A stretch of DNA of 63,688 nt, filler included, from Parasitella parasitica NRRL 2501 (taxonomy: Eukaryota > Fungi > Mucoromycota), in NCBI GenBank assembly GCA_025201805.1. It is 5 parts of 5 records of this genome, joined end to end, with 100 filler letters (N's around TTAATTAATTAA, not from the genome) between each part and the next. Parts side by side here need not be neighbours in the genome. Positions count along the whole stretch, not along the records: positions 1 to 29,712 come from MU619352.1; 4 more parts are not named here. The stretch is one strand, 5' to 3'. The notes beneath the pieces were generated by a model. That model did not search any database and had not been told where the DNA came from. It was given only the letters and a program-made list of their open reading frames with translations. Shown here in pieces: positions 1 through 13,582 of the stretch. A program made the translations under genes and the position numbers. How positions within the stretch are numbered: the stretch's first letter is position 1; each line of letters begins with the position of its first letter.

Positions 1-2777
1 AATATATCCCAATCAATGTTTATCCACATAACATCTGATGTTTGACAAGAAGTGTCAAACCTTATTAAATCACAGCATTTCCAGGACTGATCTATCTTTC
101 TATTTTACATTAAAGATATTCTCTGAATAAGCCTGGAACCTTGCAAGAGGTCCAATTACAACTTGTAGCTTATTCCTTATTTGTAAAAGAATTACCAACA
201 ACTAATATCATGATCCGTGCATTATGACTAAGTTAGATATGACATATGTAGCCTTTATATGGATACAACATTCTATATATTTTTAATTAGTTTTTAAAAA
301 TGAGATATACTTGATTTAACGCCGACTTCTCAAAAATTCGAAACTTGAATGGGAATTACAAAACCAGACAAAGCATTTATACACTCTATTCCTCGCTGGA
401 TTGTGTTTATTTTGCTGTGTTCTTGTTATAAATATAGGTTATATCCTATGTCATTCTTTAGTTTTGTATCTGCTGATTTTATTACAAAAAGCCTTCATTA
501 CCTTTTATATAACATTTACACAACATTTCGCTGCACCTTTTACACTGGCATAACAGCTATAAATAAATATCTGATATTAATGAAAGAAAGAAAAATCTGT
601 TTTTGCAGGTAACTTTTGATAGACACATCGCCCAGCGAAACCCAAGTTATGCTCAGATAGCGCTAATTCTGCCTGTTTTTGTTGTATCCATAGACTACCA
701 CGATTACCACTATTTCAACTCAGTTGCCATGGCATACGTTCCTGGTCGGATCTATAAGGGTTGAATGTCACTATTATGAATAGAAATCATTTATAGTGTA
801 AAATACCGATGAATCTAATCAGTTCTGCATAGGTCTTGCTCTAATTAACATTACAATCTTGTTTGGCAATCAAATAACGTCAAACATAATCAGAATTTGA
901 GCATGAACAACTTTTTATCAAACAATAAAATCTTTAGTTTTTTTGTATTTGGCAAAACAATAGTCTTTAGTATTTCCATTTCTCTATATAAAATCATCTG
1001 CTATTTCCTTTTATGGCCCTAGCACAACAGGGATGTCTGCTTAGAAAGCAACAGAGCTTTTTGCGGTTAATATTCTTTGTTTTTGCTAACCTAGAATTGA
1101 TGCAAATGCGATTTTAATGATCAAATGCCTTTATAAATCATAAGATCGAACATAATCAAGTATTTATGCATATAAAAGGTATCTGAACAGTAATAGATCG
1201 AGTACTTTGATCAGGAGTATAATCGCTCTCACAAACGCTTCTTCTAATATCCAGGTTTACTATTTGTGCCCGAATCTTAATGCAAGTAATTTTTTAGGCT
1301 TATACGGTAGAATTTGATTCAATTAGATAATGATAGAACAGTAAAAGTGCCATTTCAATACAGCCTAAAGGAAGATGTGAACCCAAAAAAAGTTTCAAAA
1401 GGTCCCACTATTCTTCTTTCGATGTATGAACAAAATGATATTACCAAGATGACAAGCTGACATTTATTTATAAACTATAAAATGCATTTTATAATGTTCA
1501 GGGATATAGCATTTTGTTACTTTATTTTCTCCAATTTGCTGCCTAGACAAAAGTTATTCTAGCTCGAAGGTGCTTAAAAAAAAAAAAAAAGGGGAGGAAG
1601 ACATGAAGTCTGTAAGCTCTTTTTCTGTTTTTTTTTTGTATTCATTATGAAATTTGGATGGTGCATTGTACTTAATGTCTACTTTACTACTTTTCTTTAG
1701 AAAGATTATAATAGCCTTTGGGAGTGGTAGGTTAAAAAACAACTCCAATCTTGAAAAATGCTTTAATAGTATTATAATTTAATCATTCGATATAAAGCAT
1801 TACTTAAATATTATCTATTTTATCAAGGTAATGCGTAAGATGTTTCCTCATATTATTTATTGTTTTTTTTTGTTTACGCTTCTAATTACTTTGATGCAGC
1901 GATTTCGTATAAAATTAGGCCTAATTTTTTTAATCATTGAGAAAGTTGATCAGCTTAAATACGCCAGACACACCTGACCCATAAATTAGAAGTACTTTCT
2001 GTGTTTGATGCAGCTCCTCGTTCCCTGTTTTGCTTATTCCGGAATATATGCAAAAAGGCAGAAAGCGTGTTGATTCTTGTAGCAGTATTGTCCTGTGTTA
2101 ATATATATGAGTAAGCTAAAAGTGCTAAAAAAAAAAAAGATACTTTCTTCCTAGCAATTTGCAAACACAACTCCATTTTCTTCTTACAATTACCCTCAAA
2201 AAAAAAAAAAAAAAAAGAAAAAAAGCCATAACAAATTTACCAAGCTATCAGTGCAGCTACTACTTCTATAACTAAGATTTGATATATCAATGCCGAAAAC
2301 TTTGTTATCTCTGCTTCTAATTTAATATCTGCTATTCACTAAAATCTACATTTTGCTTAGATGAATAGCTACTATTTTTAAACTATTTAAAACAACATTT
2401 ATTGTGTACAAAAAGCCTCTTGTGTGATTGCGTTCATGCAGACTATGTATAGGGTATACTTTCACACTTGAAAATCAGGCAAAACAGAATGTTCACTTGA
2501 TTAATATAGATACATATATGTATGTGATTTTTTCTTTCTTTGAGTGTTCGCATCAAAGGCTAGAATCGTTCGTTTCCTGCCTGTGCGATAATGCTGCGAT
2601 TGATATTTTCTATTTGTGATACTTTTAGTGATTGGTTTGCTAGAGGTGCGTAATTGTTTGTATGATAATTAAAGATGGAAGGAAAGAGCAATATAAATAA
2701 AAGATGACACTACTTTTTTTCTGATGATCTTTTTTCTTTCTTTATTTTTTTATTTCAACATTTGATACACACATAGA

Positions 2778-4337
2778 ATGAAATACAATAATGATTTCGT
2801 AGACGACACAGCTTCATCCTTTTTAATTAATGACAGTGTTATCACGCATTACGACTCTTGTATTAGTAGTGATAGAGGCAGTAGTATTACAGCGATTACC
2901 ATTGTAGACAACTATAAATATGACGAGAATAACGGCAATGAAATTCACCTTGATCACGGTAGTTCAGCCATGGGATCTTCACTAAACCTTGTCAATGCCA
3001 TCATGGGCACTGGTATTATTGGCTTACCTTTGGCTCTGCACCTATGTGGCTTTTGGGTAGGGCTCCTGTTCAGTGTCTTGATCGCTTATTTAACATGCTT
3101 CACGATGCATATCACCATATTGTGCGGCCTCGCGACAGAAACATTTAGTCTGGTTGCTCTGTGCGAAAAACTAATTGGCGGTGTTGGCTCTCATATTATT
3201 AACTTTATCATCTTTTTTCACACAGCTGGAACAGCGGTTTCTTATTACTTGTGTAAGTGATTTGCGCTGTGCTTGTGTGTGTATATGTGTTTACTAACAA
3301 TTTTTAAGTGCTGGGAGACACGTTGCCTGGACTGCTGGAGCTTGCATTTCCGAATGTTGCCTATTTTGATAGAAAAAATGTCATTTTAGCATTTGGGTTA
3401 TTATGCGTAAATAAGGGTCATTCATCATCATTCTAATATTTACTAAACAAAAAAACCAAATTAGACATTTCCACTCAGCTTATCTCGCTCAACTTCTAAA
3501 TTTGTAAAGTGGTCAGTTATCTCTGTCGTATTACTCATGTTCATGCTACTGGGTGTCTTGATTCGTGTGCCTTATTATATCCCTGCCCACCAAGACATTG
3601 AGTTGGAAGTTGTGCCTGTTTCAGAAAACATGTTTAAAGGACTAGCCATTATTAGTTTATCATTCGGTTGCGCGCAAAATCTGTTTGGCGTGTATACAAC
3701 AACAAGAAACCAGAAACCATCCAATTGGCTATTGATATGCTCTATAGCTATTGGCATTGCCTTTACAGTCAATATTGTATTTGCGGTCATGGCTTATATG
3801 TGCTTTGGTAAAAATGTTCAAGCCAACATTCTTCTGAACTTCCCGGAAAATGATCCTGGTATCCGTTTGGTCAAGTTAGCCTTGGGTTTGTTCATGGTAC
3901 TTACTATACCACTGTGCATGCACCCATGCAGAGAAGCAGTGATGTTGATGTTTGGAATTAATATAAATAACCCCACTAAAAAGCAACATTATACTGCTAC
4001 TGTTGGGGTGTTTTTGGTGGTACTTTACTTCGGAGCCACGCTGACCTCTTTGGGTAAAGTGTTTGATGTAATTGGTGGTTTCTCAACAACCGTATTAGGT
4101 ATGTATTTATTGATGTGAAGCTTTGTGCACATCATTTATTTGCTTACATCCTATTTTTCAATATCAGGATTTATGCTACCCGGCTTTGCGTACATTTACC
4201 TGTTTTCAGGTGACTTATTTAGTGCTCATAATACCAACAAATATGCATCATGGAAGCTCTTTTTTATTTCCATAATTTGCATTGTCATTGCTATTCCTGT
4301 CATGTTCTTTTCTGTTAAAGATGCTTTATTCCAATAA
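2778..4337 (+). CDS. Transmembrane amino acid transporter (Aa_trans / AVT-SLC38 family), 4 exons (~2778-3252, 3309-3406, 3465-4098, 4168-4337)
   Basis: Family motif SSLNLVNAIMGTGIIGLPLAL, ANILLNFPEND and P...HPCRE; many TM helices; GT-AG introns join the ORFs in frame. Confidence 0.9.
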
Positions 4338-4596
4338 ATAATGATGGAAATCTGATATACCTAAAGCTGATAAAGCTAAAGCTCATTCACTGCTATCATT
4401 ATTGTTTTGTTTTGAGAACAATTTAATCGAGTTGCTGTGCATATATCAGAGTAATATAGTAACCACTTGAGTGACAGGTAGATCATAAAATCAAAGTTGA
4501 TTTTACCCCTGAATTCAAGTTGAAACGTCAAATATTTTATGATCCGATTGTCTTCTTCCCATTTACAAATCTAACTTGATATATCATTTTCTGGCA

Positions 4597-4599
<3 letters not shown>

Positions 4600-4662
<63 letters not shown>
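4600..4662. repeat. Poly(T) tract of about 63 nt
   Basis: Direct reading. Confidence 0.95.
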
Positions 4663-4699
4663 CATTTGTAACACTTTCAAGTCATTAGATGCTTTCCAT

Positions 4700-6450
4700 A
4701 GCTTTCAAAATATGCGGCAAGTCCATTCTACGCAAATAAAAATTAATTTGTAATGTATACAGGCAGTACCAGATTTACTGCAACATGGTATTGATCCTTT
4801 TGTCTTCATACATAACATTAATATATGAGTTGAATAGAAATTGGACGAGGAAATGTGGCCCTCTCCTGTACGACCTTTATTCATAATTCTTTTGGTACTT
4901 GTTTGTATCTGGCGCTGATAGCATCAACTCACTGTGAATTGCGTAAGTACTTTGATATAAAAGCATTCAATTGTATCTCTACTAGTCAAATCATAGCCAC
5001 AACCGGTAATAAGCACTAAAAGTGAAGGTCAATACATTTCATGCTTCTTGGCCAATTGTTGCAACAAACGGATTCCCTAGTTGCTAAAATTCATCAACTT
5101 TTTTAACATATAAATCAATATTCTAATTACTTGGCTTGTAAATGTGTATTTATGTAAGGAAAGCCAACCACTCTTTCAATGACATTGACAACTTTATACC
5201 CATACTCAAATACAAGTCAAGCCAAGTCATGTGAAATTTCATCACACATTTATGTCTAGATTAAATGCCTTTCTCAGCTTCCTTATCTTGTCTTCAACAC
5301 ATTATATATAAATCGAAAGCATGAGTGAAATTATGTCCAGAAATCAAGCCGTTTGTTTGGTTTATTTGCTACCTTTCTCGATTGCAAACGTAATGTTGGC
5401 CAAAAGAGCACTTCAAGAATCACGTTTAGAAGTTTGCTACAAGGATGATCCTCAACTGCCGTTTTTACTCCCATTAACAACTTATAATCGAGCTCTCAAA
5501 GCAGATAAAATACACACTTTTCCTGATAAATGAATTAAAGGGTTCGTTGCGCCGTTTGCGATGCAATATGGCTGCTCAAGAAACGTCTAGGCCCAGTACT
5601 CTATTTTTATTATCATGCTTACGTTACTATGAATAAAGTATATTATATATCACTCTAAATTTTGGTACATCGACTCAAATTTGAACAGTTATGCACATTG
5701 AGAACAGCTAGTTATTGGTACTTTGAGTCACCAATTAATCAATAACATATTTATTCGAGTCGTACTGTACATAATACAATACAGGTTCAGAGTTACACAG
5801 CAAGTAAATGCTGATACCAGGAATATATGAGAGCTATAGCAGGTAAGAATTAGCCATTACACCCTATGGGACATTTTAAAGAGAACCCTTTACAGTTTAA
5901 GCAAGTCGTTGAGCTATTTCCAGTTAAGAGAGTGCCTTGTTTTCAAAACAAACAAGAGAATGTACAATTAACCATAGAGCGAAAGGTAGCACACCACATA
6001 TTGATGTACCTACACTAAACACAGAAATTTAGGTTTCATGATCAATAACAGACTGACCTGAGGCTGTCTAGCGCTTTTTTTTCGATCTTCTATTGCTCTA
6101 GAGGGGCAGCACTCCTGGCCTTGAATAGTCTTGAAATTAATTGAATAACCAAGAATGGTGTTTAAATCTATGAACATCAAGGCGGCACTAAAAAATCTGC
6201 GCAAGCACAAGCTGGCTTCCATCTGTTTTTTTATCAACAAAACCACTTTGTGATGGTAAGATCTGTAGACCTCTTTCTTACAGGCAATAAATAAAACGCG
6301 TAGTTTTTGTTTTAGACTTGAATCAACATCATCTATCAGCCGTTGCCATGGAGACGAGGGGGGGGGGTTTGATGGGGCTAAATATATTGAGGGCTTCTTG
6401 TTATTTGCAGGCATTGAATTCCGTCAAGATTCATAGCCTTTATCCAAATT
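4700..6450 (-). pseudogene. Heavily decayed LTR-retrotransposon (Ty3/gypsy-like) pol remnant
   Basis: Minus strand near 6200-6400 reads, with a frameshift, ...PWQRLIDDV...VVLLIKK/TDGS..., resembling the RT motif PVVLVKKKDGSxRxCxDYR. The rest is stop-ridden and the boundaries are uncertain. Confidence 0.3.
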
Positions 6451-6917
6451 CCAAAGGGAAGATTTGTCGTGAATAAGGAGGCCGATACTTCTTTTTTTTA
6501 ATCTATTGATAAATGTTTATTCCAGTACATACAATATGGAAATCGATGTTGAATGGATTGGAAACTAATGGGAATGTCAGGTGATTACGACTATATGGTT
6601 AAGACATTTGCGCTTGAGTTAGTATTTCATGCAAAACCTAAAAAGTAATTTACTTCTAATCTGACTAAAATAACCTTAAATCCAACACAACGCTATATTA
6701 TGCATCCGATGAGCTGCTAAAACAACAGCAGCAACAACAACAACAAAAAAAAGGAATAAATCATATACGCACCAACCCAATTGATAGGCCTGTGCAGATA
6801 AACTGCCATGAAGTCGCGCATTCATAAATATATCCTTTTGTCAATTAAATCAAGATTAGCCACACGCAAAGACACATAATAATGATGATACAGGTCGAAC
6901 GCGGAATTTTTTCTTTT

Positions 6918-7585
6918 TTATTCCTCTTTTCTCGTTACAGGGATGGTCGACCAACCTTCACTATCAGTGGTAACATTGGGTTTTTCAAAATATGTTCGAG
7001 TTGATTCTGATGGCAAGAGTAACGGGCATTCTTCTAATAGCTCGAATATTTTTTCTATGCGTTCTTTGGTACATGTCGTCTCTGGACTTGGATCTAAATA
7101 AAGAATGCGAGAAAAACCTTCTTTGGAATCCAAACGGGGAGGACGATAGCCTTTCACAAATCGACTCAATATACCCACACCACGCTCGCCCTGAACATCT
7201 GTTGGATGATTTTCACGCTCACGAATGCGGTTGCCACAGTCTTCCTTAGTGGCAGTTAGAACGATGCAATCTATTGGCACCTTGTAGTGCTGGGCAATGT
7301 CTATCCATGTCTGTCTCTGACTGCGATCAAAATTGCAACGGTCGACAACAACGCTTTGTCTTTTATCAAGGTATTCCCTGGTACGCATTTCACAAGCCTT
7401 TCTAGTCTTCATGTCGTCTTGATTCACTCTTTGCCAATCCTGTAAGCAGCATTTACTCAGGGCGAGCTGATACGAGGAGGGGAAACAAGCAAGAAATTTA
7501 CCTTTCTGCATTCAATGAGCTTATTGGATATGGTGCTTTTGCCAGAGCCTGGTAAGCCAACCAAAACAAGCATACGGTTTGACAT
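6918..7585 (-). CDS. AAA_33 / P-loop nucleotide kinase-like protein (PNKP kinase-domain-like), 2 exons (7585-7502, 7439-6918)
   Basis: MSNRMLVLVGLPGSGKST Walker A; spliced to DWQRVNQDD...SVVVDRCNFD...R..W; GT-AG intron 7501-7440. Confidence 0.85.
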
Positions 7586-8095
7586 TTTCTGGATGGCGAG
7601 TTGTACAGTAAGGGAAAGAAAAACAATCGGACCCAAGTCGGGTAAAGGATATGTAATCATTGCTGCGAATGACGTAAATATTCAAGCAAATGCTGATTTT
7701 TCGCCTGCGGATGTTGCATTATTATTATACTCTACAACTATTTGAGCTCACACATGTGGCTTGTAGAAGCAATCCTTTGTTGCTATTGTTGTTGCTGTTG
7801 TTGTGTTGTTGTTGTTGTTGTTGTCAGTCGTCCAAAATAAGGGGCGCTACTATAGAGTTTTCCATTTAACTTTGGAATAAATCAAGCGTTTCAGTTTAAG
7901 AGGGGTTCTTTTTTAACTCATTGATCTGAATTGTTTACAGTCTCCGACAAAAGGAGAATATTGTATAGCTTTGTTATGCTCAACAAATATAAATAGAAAG
8001 ATAAAACACTTGGTCTTTCCTTCCTCTCTTTTTCACATCTTTCACGTACTACTTTTCTCTTTCTTAAAAACTTTACCTTATACACAAGCAAAACC

Positions 8096-9078
8096 ATGGA
8101 TTTTGAAGACATTGTTGACATGGACTGGCTGAATAGCCATACTATTGATTCTACATCTCTGCCATCGCCACCATTTATCAAGGATGAGGATTTCAATATG
8201 GATTATCAGCATTCTTTCAGTAACCAAAGCATGACTGCTGACCAGCTTGTTGTCCAAGATTCTGACACTAAAGACATAACGGTGATGCCCACCACTGAAC
8301 AAATCAAACAGCTGATTGAACTAGCAAAGAAGCAGCTAGCTCTTCGTGAACAGTTTGCAAACACCAGCAATCCAATCATCGCTGCAGAGCCTACGCCAGA
8401 ACCGGAATCACCGCCAAATGCTATTAATAATTGTATGCTGCCTGCAGCATTAGAGCCATTGGTAAAGCTGGAAGATCTATACAAGAGCGACGCTCCTTCT
8501 GTCGCTGCCGCTGCTGCTACAACATCTACAGTAACTGCAACTACTGCTACGCACATTCCAGACACTGTTTCGCCGGAGTCTTTAATCAAATCTGAAGAAA
8601 CCGCTGACAATCAAAGACGCGAATCTCTTCACGAAGAAGGCCCAATATCACTCGAAGCGTATGCCGAAACAGATGGGATCGATATCAAAAAGCTGACATC
8701 CAAGGAAAGAAGACAATTAAGAAACAAGATATCCGCACGTAACTTTCGAGTGCGAAGAAAGGGTAAGTCTGGGACAATTTGTTGGGGCGGGGGTCGTCAA
8801 TCGTACGGCATACTGATACTGATTGCTGCTCTTCAATGTTAGAATACATTACTACACTAGAAGGCCAAGTGGATGACCACAAGAAAGCAAACGAGCAATT
8901 ATTGCATAGATTAAATGCTGTTGAAGAAGAAAACAAACAATTAAAAATGCAGCTTGATTCGTTAAAACGTCAAAACCACCAGCTTGTTGGCGAGAGTAAT
9001 TTAGATAAAGACCTTAGTATTCTCGGCTCGAAAGCAAACGACATATATCGTCAAGACACTTCAATTCTTGTTTCTTGA
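8096..9078 (+). CDS. bZIP transcription factor, 2 exons (intron ~8763-8842)
   Basis: Basic region KERRQLRNKISARNFRVRRK joined to leucine zipper EYITTLEGQVDDHKKANEQLLHRLNAVEEENKQL. Confidence 0.88.
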
Positions 9079-9499
9079 GGTTATCTCCCATTACACATAT
9101 CAAGCTTACACACCCGCCTGCCCATCTACCCACCCTCACATGATTCCCAATACATACCATCCCCTCTTGCACACAAGTACTTTCTTGAACGATATATACG
9201 ATTATTACACAAAAAGAATCCACTTTTTTTTTCCTCTGTCTGCACTGCCCCTTTTTATCCCCCTTATTCTCATCAAATAAAAAAAAATATATATTGTAAT
9301 AAAACACGCACACACACAAATACACACTCACGCACAAACTAAATATTTCACCACACCCCCTTTTTATTCCAAATAGAAAATGGCATGATTCCATTGAGTC
9401 GGCCATCCAAGCAAATCTTGTTGAAAACTTTCTAGCAAAAAAAGCTTAATCTGCATTATATATATATGATAAACCCATGTTTTATTAAAATGCTTTGTT

Positions 9500-12400
9500 T
9501 TAATTCAAAGGACATGTTTCTGAAAGGTGCTCCAGGCTGCCACAATAACGGCAATGATCCTAAAATAAGCAATTAATATGAAAATCCCCATGTGTGCTAC
9601 TAATGAATATTTACCTTGCATTCTTGCGATGCATGGCCAACCTCTCCGCAATTTCCACAACGAATAACAGTGTTTTTTTGCCACAGCTTTTTGCTATGAT
9701 TACGATTCTGATTTTGCTGCTGCTGCTGCTCTTCTCTGTATCCGGCAAACAGATCTTGGTTCCCAAATCCCACAGTGCCAGCATGGTTCTTTGCTTGTTG
9801 CTCCTCTAATTGCTCAACACGTGCCTCTAGAGTCAAAACATATCGGCGTACCTCCTCCATCTCCGTTTGTTTGCGAGTCTCAAACAAGGCTAGTGTTTGC
9901 GTTTCACGTTCTCTGGCTAGCGCAATAATCTGGGCGTATCTTCCAGTCATCATACTCATCTCTTGCTGCATGTTGTAGACCGACTGAATGAGAGACCCGT
10001 TTTCGCGGTGCAAATTCTTGATGATCATCAGCAGCATGTCTGGGCTCATTTCGTAGATGCCAGACGGCAGTGGTTCCTGCCACTGATTGGTCGTTGGCTG
10101 CATCGGGGCAGCCAAAGTAGTGGAAGCCAGCGGTGTGGTTGGCATACCCATAGGGCTTAAATTAGTGTTGGCTGCGGCAGCAGGAGTAGCCTGCGATAAC
10201 CCAGGTGGCATCACTTGAGGTGCCTGAATACCAGGAGGAGGTGCAGCATTAGTCATTGACATGTCTAATGATTGCGATGCACTCATCAACCCAATGTTCG
10301 TAGCACTTGAGGTAACAATAGGTTGTACGACAGCCTTCTTGACATTTTCCTTAATTGGCGTAGCAGCAGCAGCAGCAGCACCGGCAGAAGACGAGGACTC
10401 GTTTGCAGCAGCAGTAGAAGGCTCATCATTCCAAGGTAGCTTGGCATTGTCCCAACTAGGAACAATAGCAGGGGCAGCCTTGGAAGACGAACGCCAGCTG
10501 TCATTTGCAGAACTTCCATCAACAATACGAGAGGACGCCTCCCACCCACCCAGTGATATATTGGCATCTTTATCAATAGTGGACCATCTTGATTGCTTCT
10601 TCTTCTCGGCAGATGGCGAATTCCAAGGCTTTTTGTCTGAAGATGTGTTCCAGCTAGCAGCCGCAGTAGTAGACCATGCTGCAGCAGATGAAGGTGGCGA
10701 GCTCATCTTGGAACTGACCCATCCGCCCAGGTCAACGTCCTTTTTAATTTCATCGTTAGAAGCAGGGGAAGCTCCCTTAGACCATCCTAAGGAAGTGCTT
10801 TCAGTCGGTGTAATAGTGACAGGAGTGGCCCATTGTTTAGTGGCGGCAGCAACAGCAGATGAGGATGATGAGGCGCTTGGTTTTGGTGATTTAGCAATGA
10901 CACTAGGCCATTGATCCAAATCAGGAGGTGTTATCGTGCTAGTTGAAGTGGGCTTTGGTTGAGCAGAAGCAGCAGCACCAGCGGCAGCGATGGAGGACCA
11001 GCCACCAGATGAACCAATGTTAGCACTACTAGACGGCTTCGTTTCCTTTAACAACATTACTTGAGTTCTTAAAGTATCCCAATCCTGCACTTCAGATTCC
11101 TGTTTCTTCTTGTTTGATTCCACAGTCATAACAGAGGTTCGAATTGTATCCCAATCTTGAATGTCATTGGATTGACTGGAGGGTAATGGCTTTGTATTAT
11201 ATGCAACAATCGCAGGCGGATCAGCTTGCTTGGTTGAAAGTGATGCTGCCTTTTCCTCGACTACAGCAGGCTTCTTTTTTTTTACAGCCGTAGGTTTCTT
11301 GTCTTCAGTTGGAGCAGGTGTCGTCTTCTCAGGGACAGCAACAAGTTTCTTTTCAGGAACAGAAAGCTTTCCTTCAGGGACAGTGGGACCCTTTTCAGCA
11401 ACAAAAAGCTTCTGCGAAGCGGGTTTCTTTTCTTCGATAGTCGGCTTCTTCTTCTCAACAGCACCAGGCTTTTCAACCTTCTTTTCTTCGATAGTCGGCT
11501 TCTTCTTCTCAACAGCGCCAGGCTTTTCAACCTTCTTTTCTGGATTGTCAGTCTTTTGTTCAGGAACAGTACTCTTCTGTTCCACATCAGGCTTCTTCTC
11601 CTTGACAGCGGCCTTTTTGACAGGTTCTTCGGACAAGAGAGGAGTCGATGTCCCGCTACTTGGCGCACTTGATTTCTTCTTGCTCTTTGTCTTTTTCTTT
11701 TGCTGATCTTCAGAATCCACGCCCATTGACTTGAGCAACGATTGCTGTCTCTTTAAAGCCAGATTATCGCCCTGAATACGCATACCTTCTTTCAGAAACA
11801 ACTTTCCCAAAACACCAGCAAGCTCTCGACGACCTGTTTGCACGCCTTGCTCAAAATCCTCCAACAATCCACGCTTTTTCTGCAGCAGATCCTTGTGAGA
11901 TTCGATAAACCGTTTCACTTCCTTTTCAATAGTAAAGGCTTCGAGAACCTCACCCTCTTGCATCAAAGGCTCCAAACAAACAAGCGAAAACTTACAAAAT
12001 AATGCTTCAGGGAATATATTTTCAGTTACCTCATAACGGAAAGTCTGACGGATTGAATAATAACCACCCTCCACCTTCTTGATCTTCTTTTTGAAATCCC
12101 TACTGCCGAGTTTGTCAATGCGACTGCTGAGGTTGCTGCGTGTCTCGCGATACAGCTTGAGTAGACTGTCGATATCGTTCATGTATTCGGTTGTCTTTGC
12201 AGTTAAAGTGTCAATGATACGGGTTTGTGCTGCATCCACTTCCTTTGTGGACTCCATCTTCTTTAACGAGTCTATGTCCAGCGCCTTGAGCGATTTTCCA
12301 ATTTTAGTAGCGTTGGCATCCTTGTTTCCGCGATGATCTGCATGCGCTGCCATGCGCTCGCCCATTTCATAGATGGTAGGTACAATCATCTTCCATAAAT

Positions 12401-13445
12401 CGGTCGTCAAGACATGGATCTTGTGCAGATGCGACACTGCAAAATCCGCCATAAATTCCTTTACCATTGCCTTCATACGGTCAAGGTGCTGTTCAAAAAG
12501 CGCATCCACTTTGACAACTTCCTCGGGCGTTGATTTCTTATTTTTAAAGTTGGGCAGGTGGTTTGGCCAGTCATCGACAAAAGAAGTGAAGTTTTGGCTA
12601 GCAAAGAAAGCATCGATCGTTGCTTGACAATCTTTCCCCATTAATGCCGATCTCCTTTTATCAAACTCTTGCAGTTGATCCAAAAAGCTGTCGAGTGGGT
12701 GCCATGTTTGTTCCAAAGCAATCTTCAGCTCGGCCAGTGCCTTTTTGACAGCTGCTGCGTCATGCTCGTTGAATATAGCTTTATCCAGATCCAGATCAGA
12801 AGGCGTCTTTGCCGTGGGCTTCGAGTGGTTGCATGTAGGCGTAGAGTGTGACAATAGTATATCGCCAGTCAAATTCTTCAGCAAGTGGAAACAATCAGAA
12901 GGTAGGCACATGGCCTGACGTTCGATAATGAGCGGATCCAGCAGCTGTGAAGGGTCTTTGGGATCTTCGGTGAGAGGTATGGCGTCTGGATAGGAGCTAA
13001 ACTCGACAGGCTCAAATATGTCGGGCAAACCGGCGTATCCAGAAGGCAGCGTAGTCCACAATTGACAGGCCTGAACAATCTGTGCAATCAAGCTTTCTTC
13101 GTCGGCAGTGGCAGGTGTTGCAGTCCATGATTCTACCAAACTCATAAACTTTTTGGCCATCAATGTCGAGCGCTCTTTTTTATAGACGCCATCCTGGTCG
13201 TCGTCGGTATCCTCATTGATGAAATTGATATGGAAACGGCCAGCTTGCAGTCCACCGTGTGCTAGCAGCTGTGGGCCTTCGTCTTCCTGCGTTTTTGCAT
13301 TCCAAATAAAGTGCTTTTTATATACAAATTGAGCCCACTCTCGGCAGTAGAGGCTACGCGTTTCTGCATCGCAAGCTCTGAAACGAGCCAATTCCTTTGA
13401 TATTCCATTCTGCTCCACTCGCAGCACTTCAATAGGTGTTTCCAT
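9500..13445 (-). CDS. Large (~1300 aa) protein: helical N-terminal region, Lys-rich repeats, Trp-repeat low-complexity region, coiled coil, two C-terminal CCHC zinc knuckles
   Basis: ORF from ATG 13445. Intron 9614-9560 joins CGNCGEVGHASQECK to DHCRYCGSLEHLSETCPLN*; both are C-x2-C-x4-H-x4-C. Confidence 0.85.
11426..11540 (-). repeat. 54-bp in-frame tandem duplication (KKVEKPGAVEKKKPTIEE x2) inside the zinc-knuckle gene
   Basis: Near-identical nucleotide units and repeated peptide. Confidence 0.9.
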
Positions 13446-13582
13446 GTTTATATTCTTTAACAAGAAACAGGAAAAAATTTGACAAACGAAAATAAATAAA
13501 AAAAATGCGGTTAAAAGTAAGCCGAGATGGGAGATGGGGAGGGGGGGGGGAGAGCAAAAGTTTCCTTCTTCCCTAATTTAGA

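Noticed and set aside
1-2700. Possible TnpB/Fanzor or other TE remnants
   Set aside because: Only faint, stop-ridden similarity and no RuvC motifs that can be supported; a short match of ~640-690 to ~42400-42450 shows only old repeat debris
9068-9280. ORF overlapping the bZIP stop, suggesting a frameshifted extension
   Set aside because: Composition looks like a 3' UTR; no motif support
10261-11706. Long antisense ORFs (217 aa, 158 aa) opposite the zinc-knuckle gene
   Set aside because: Shadow ORFs of low-complexity coding sequence
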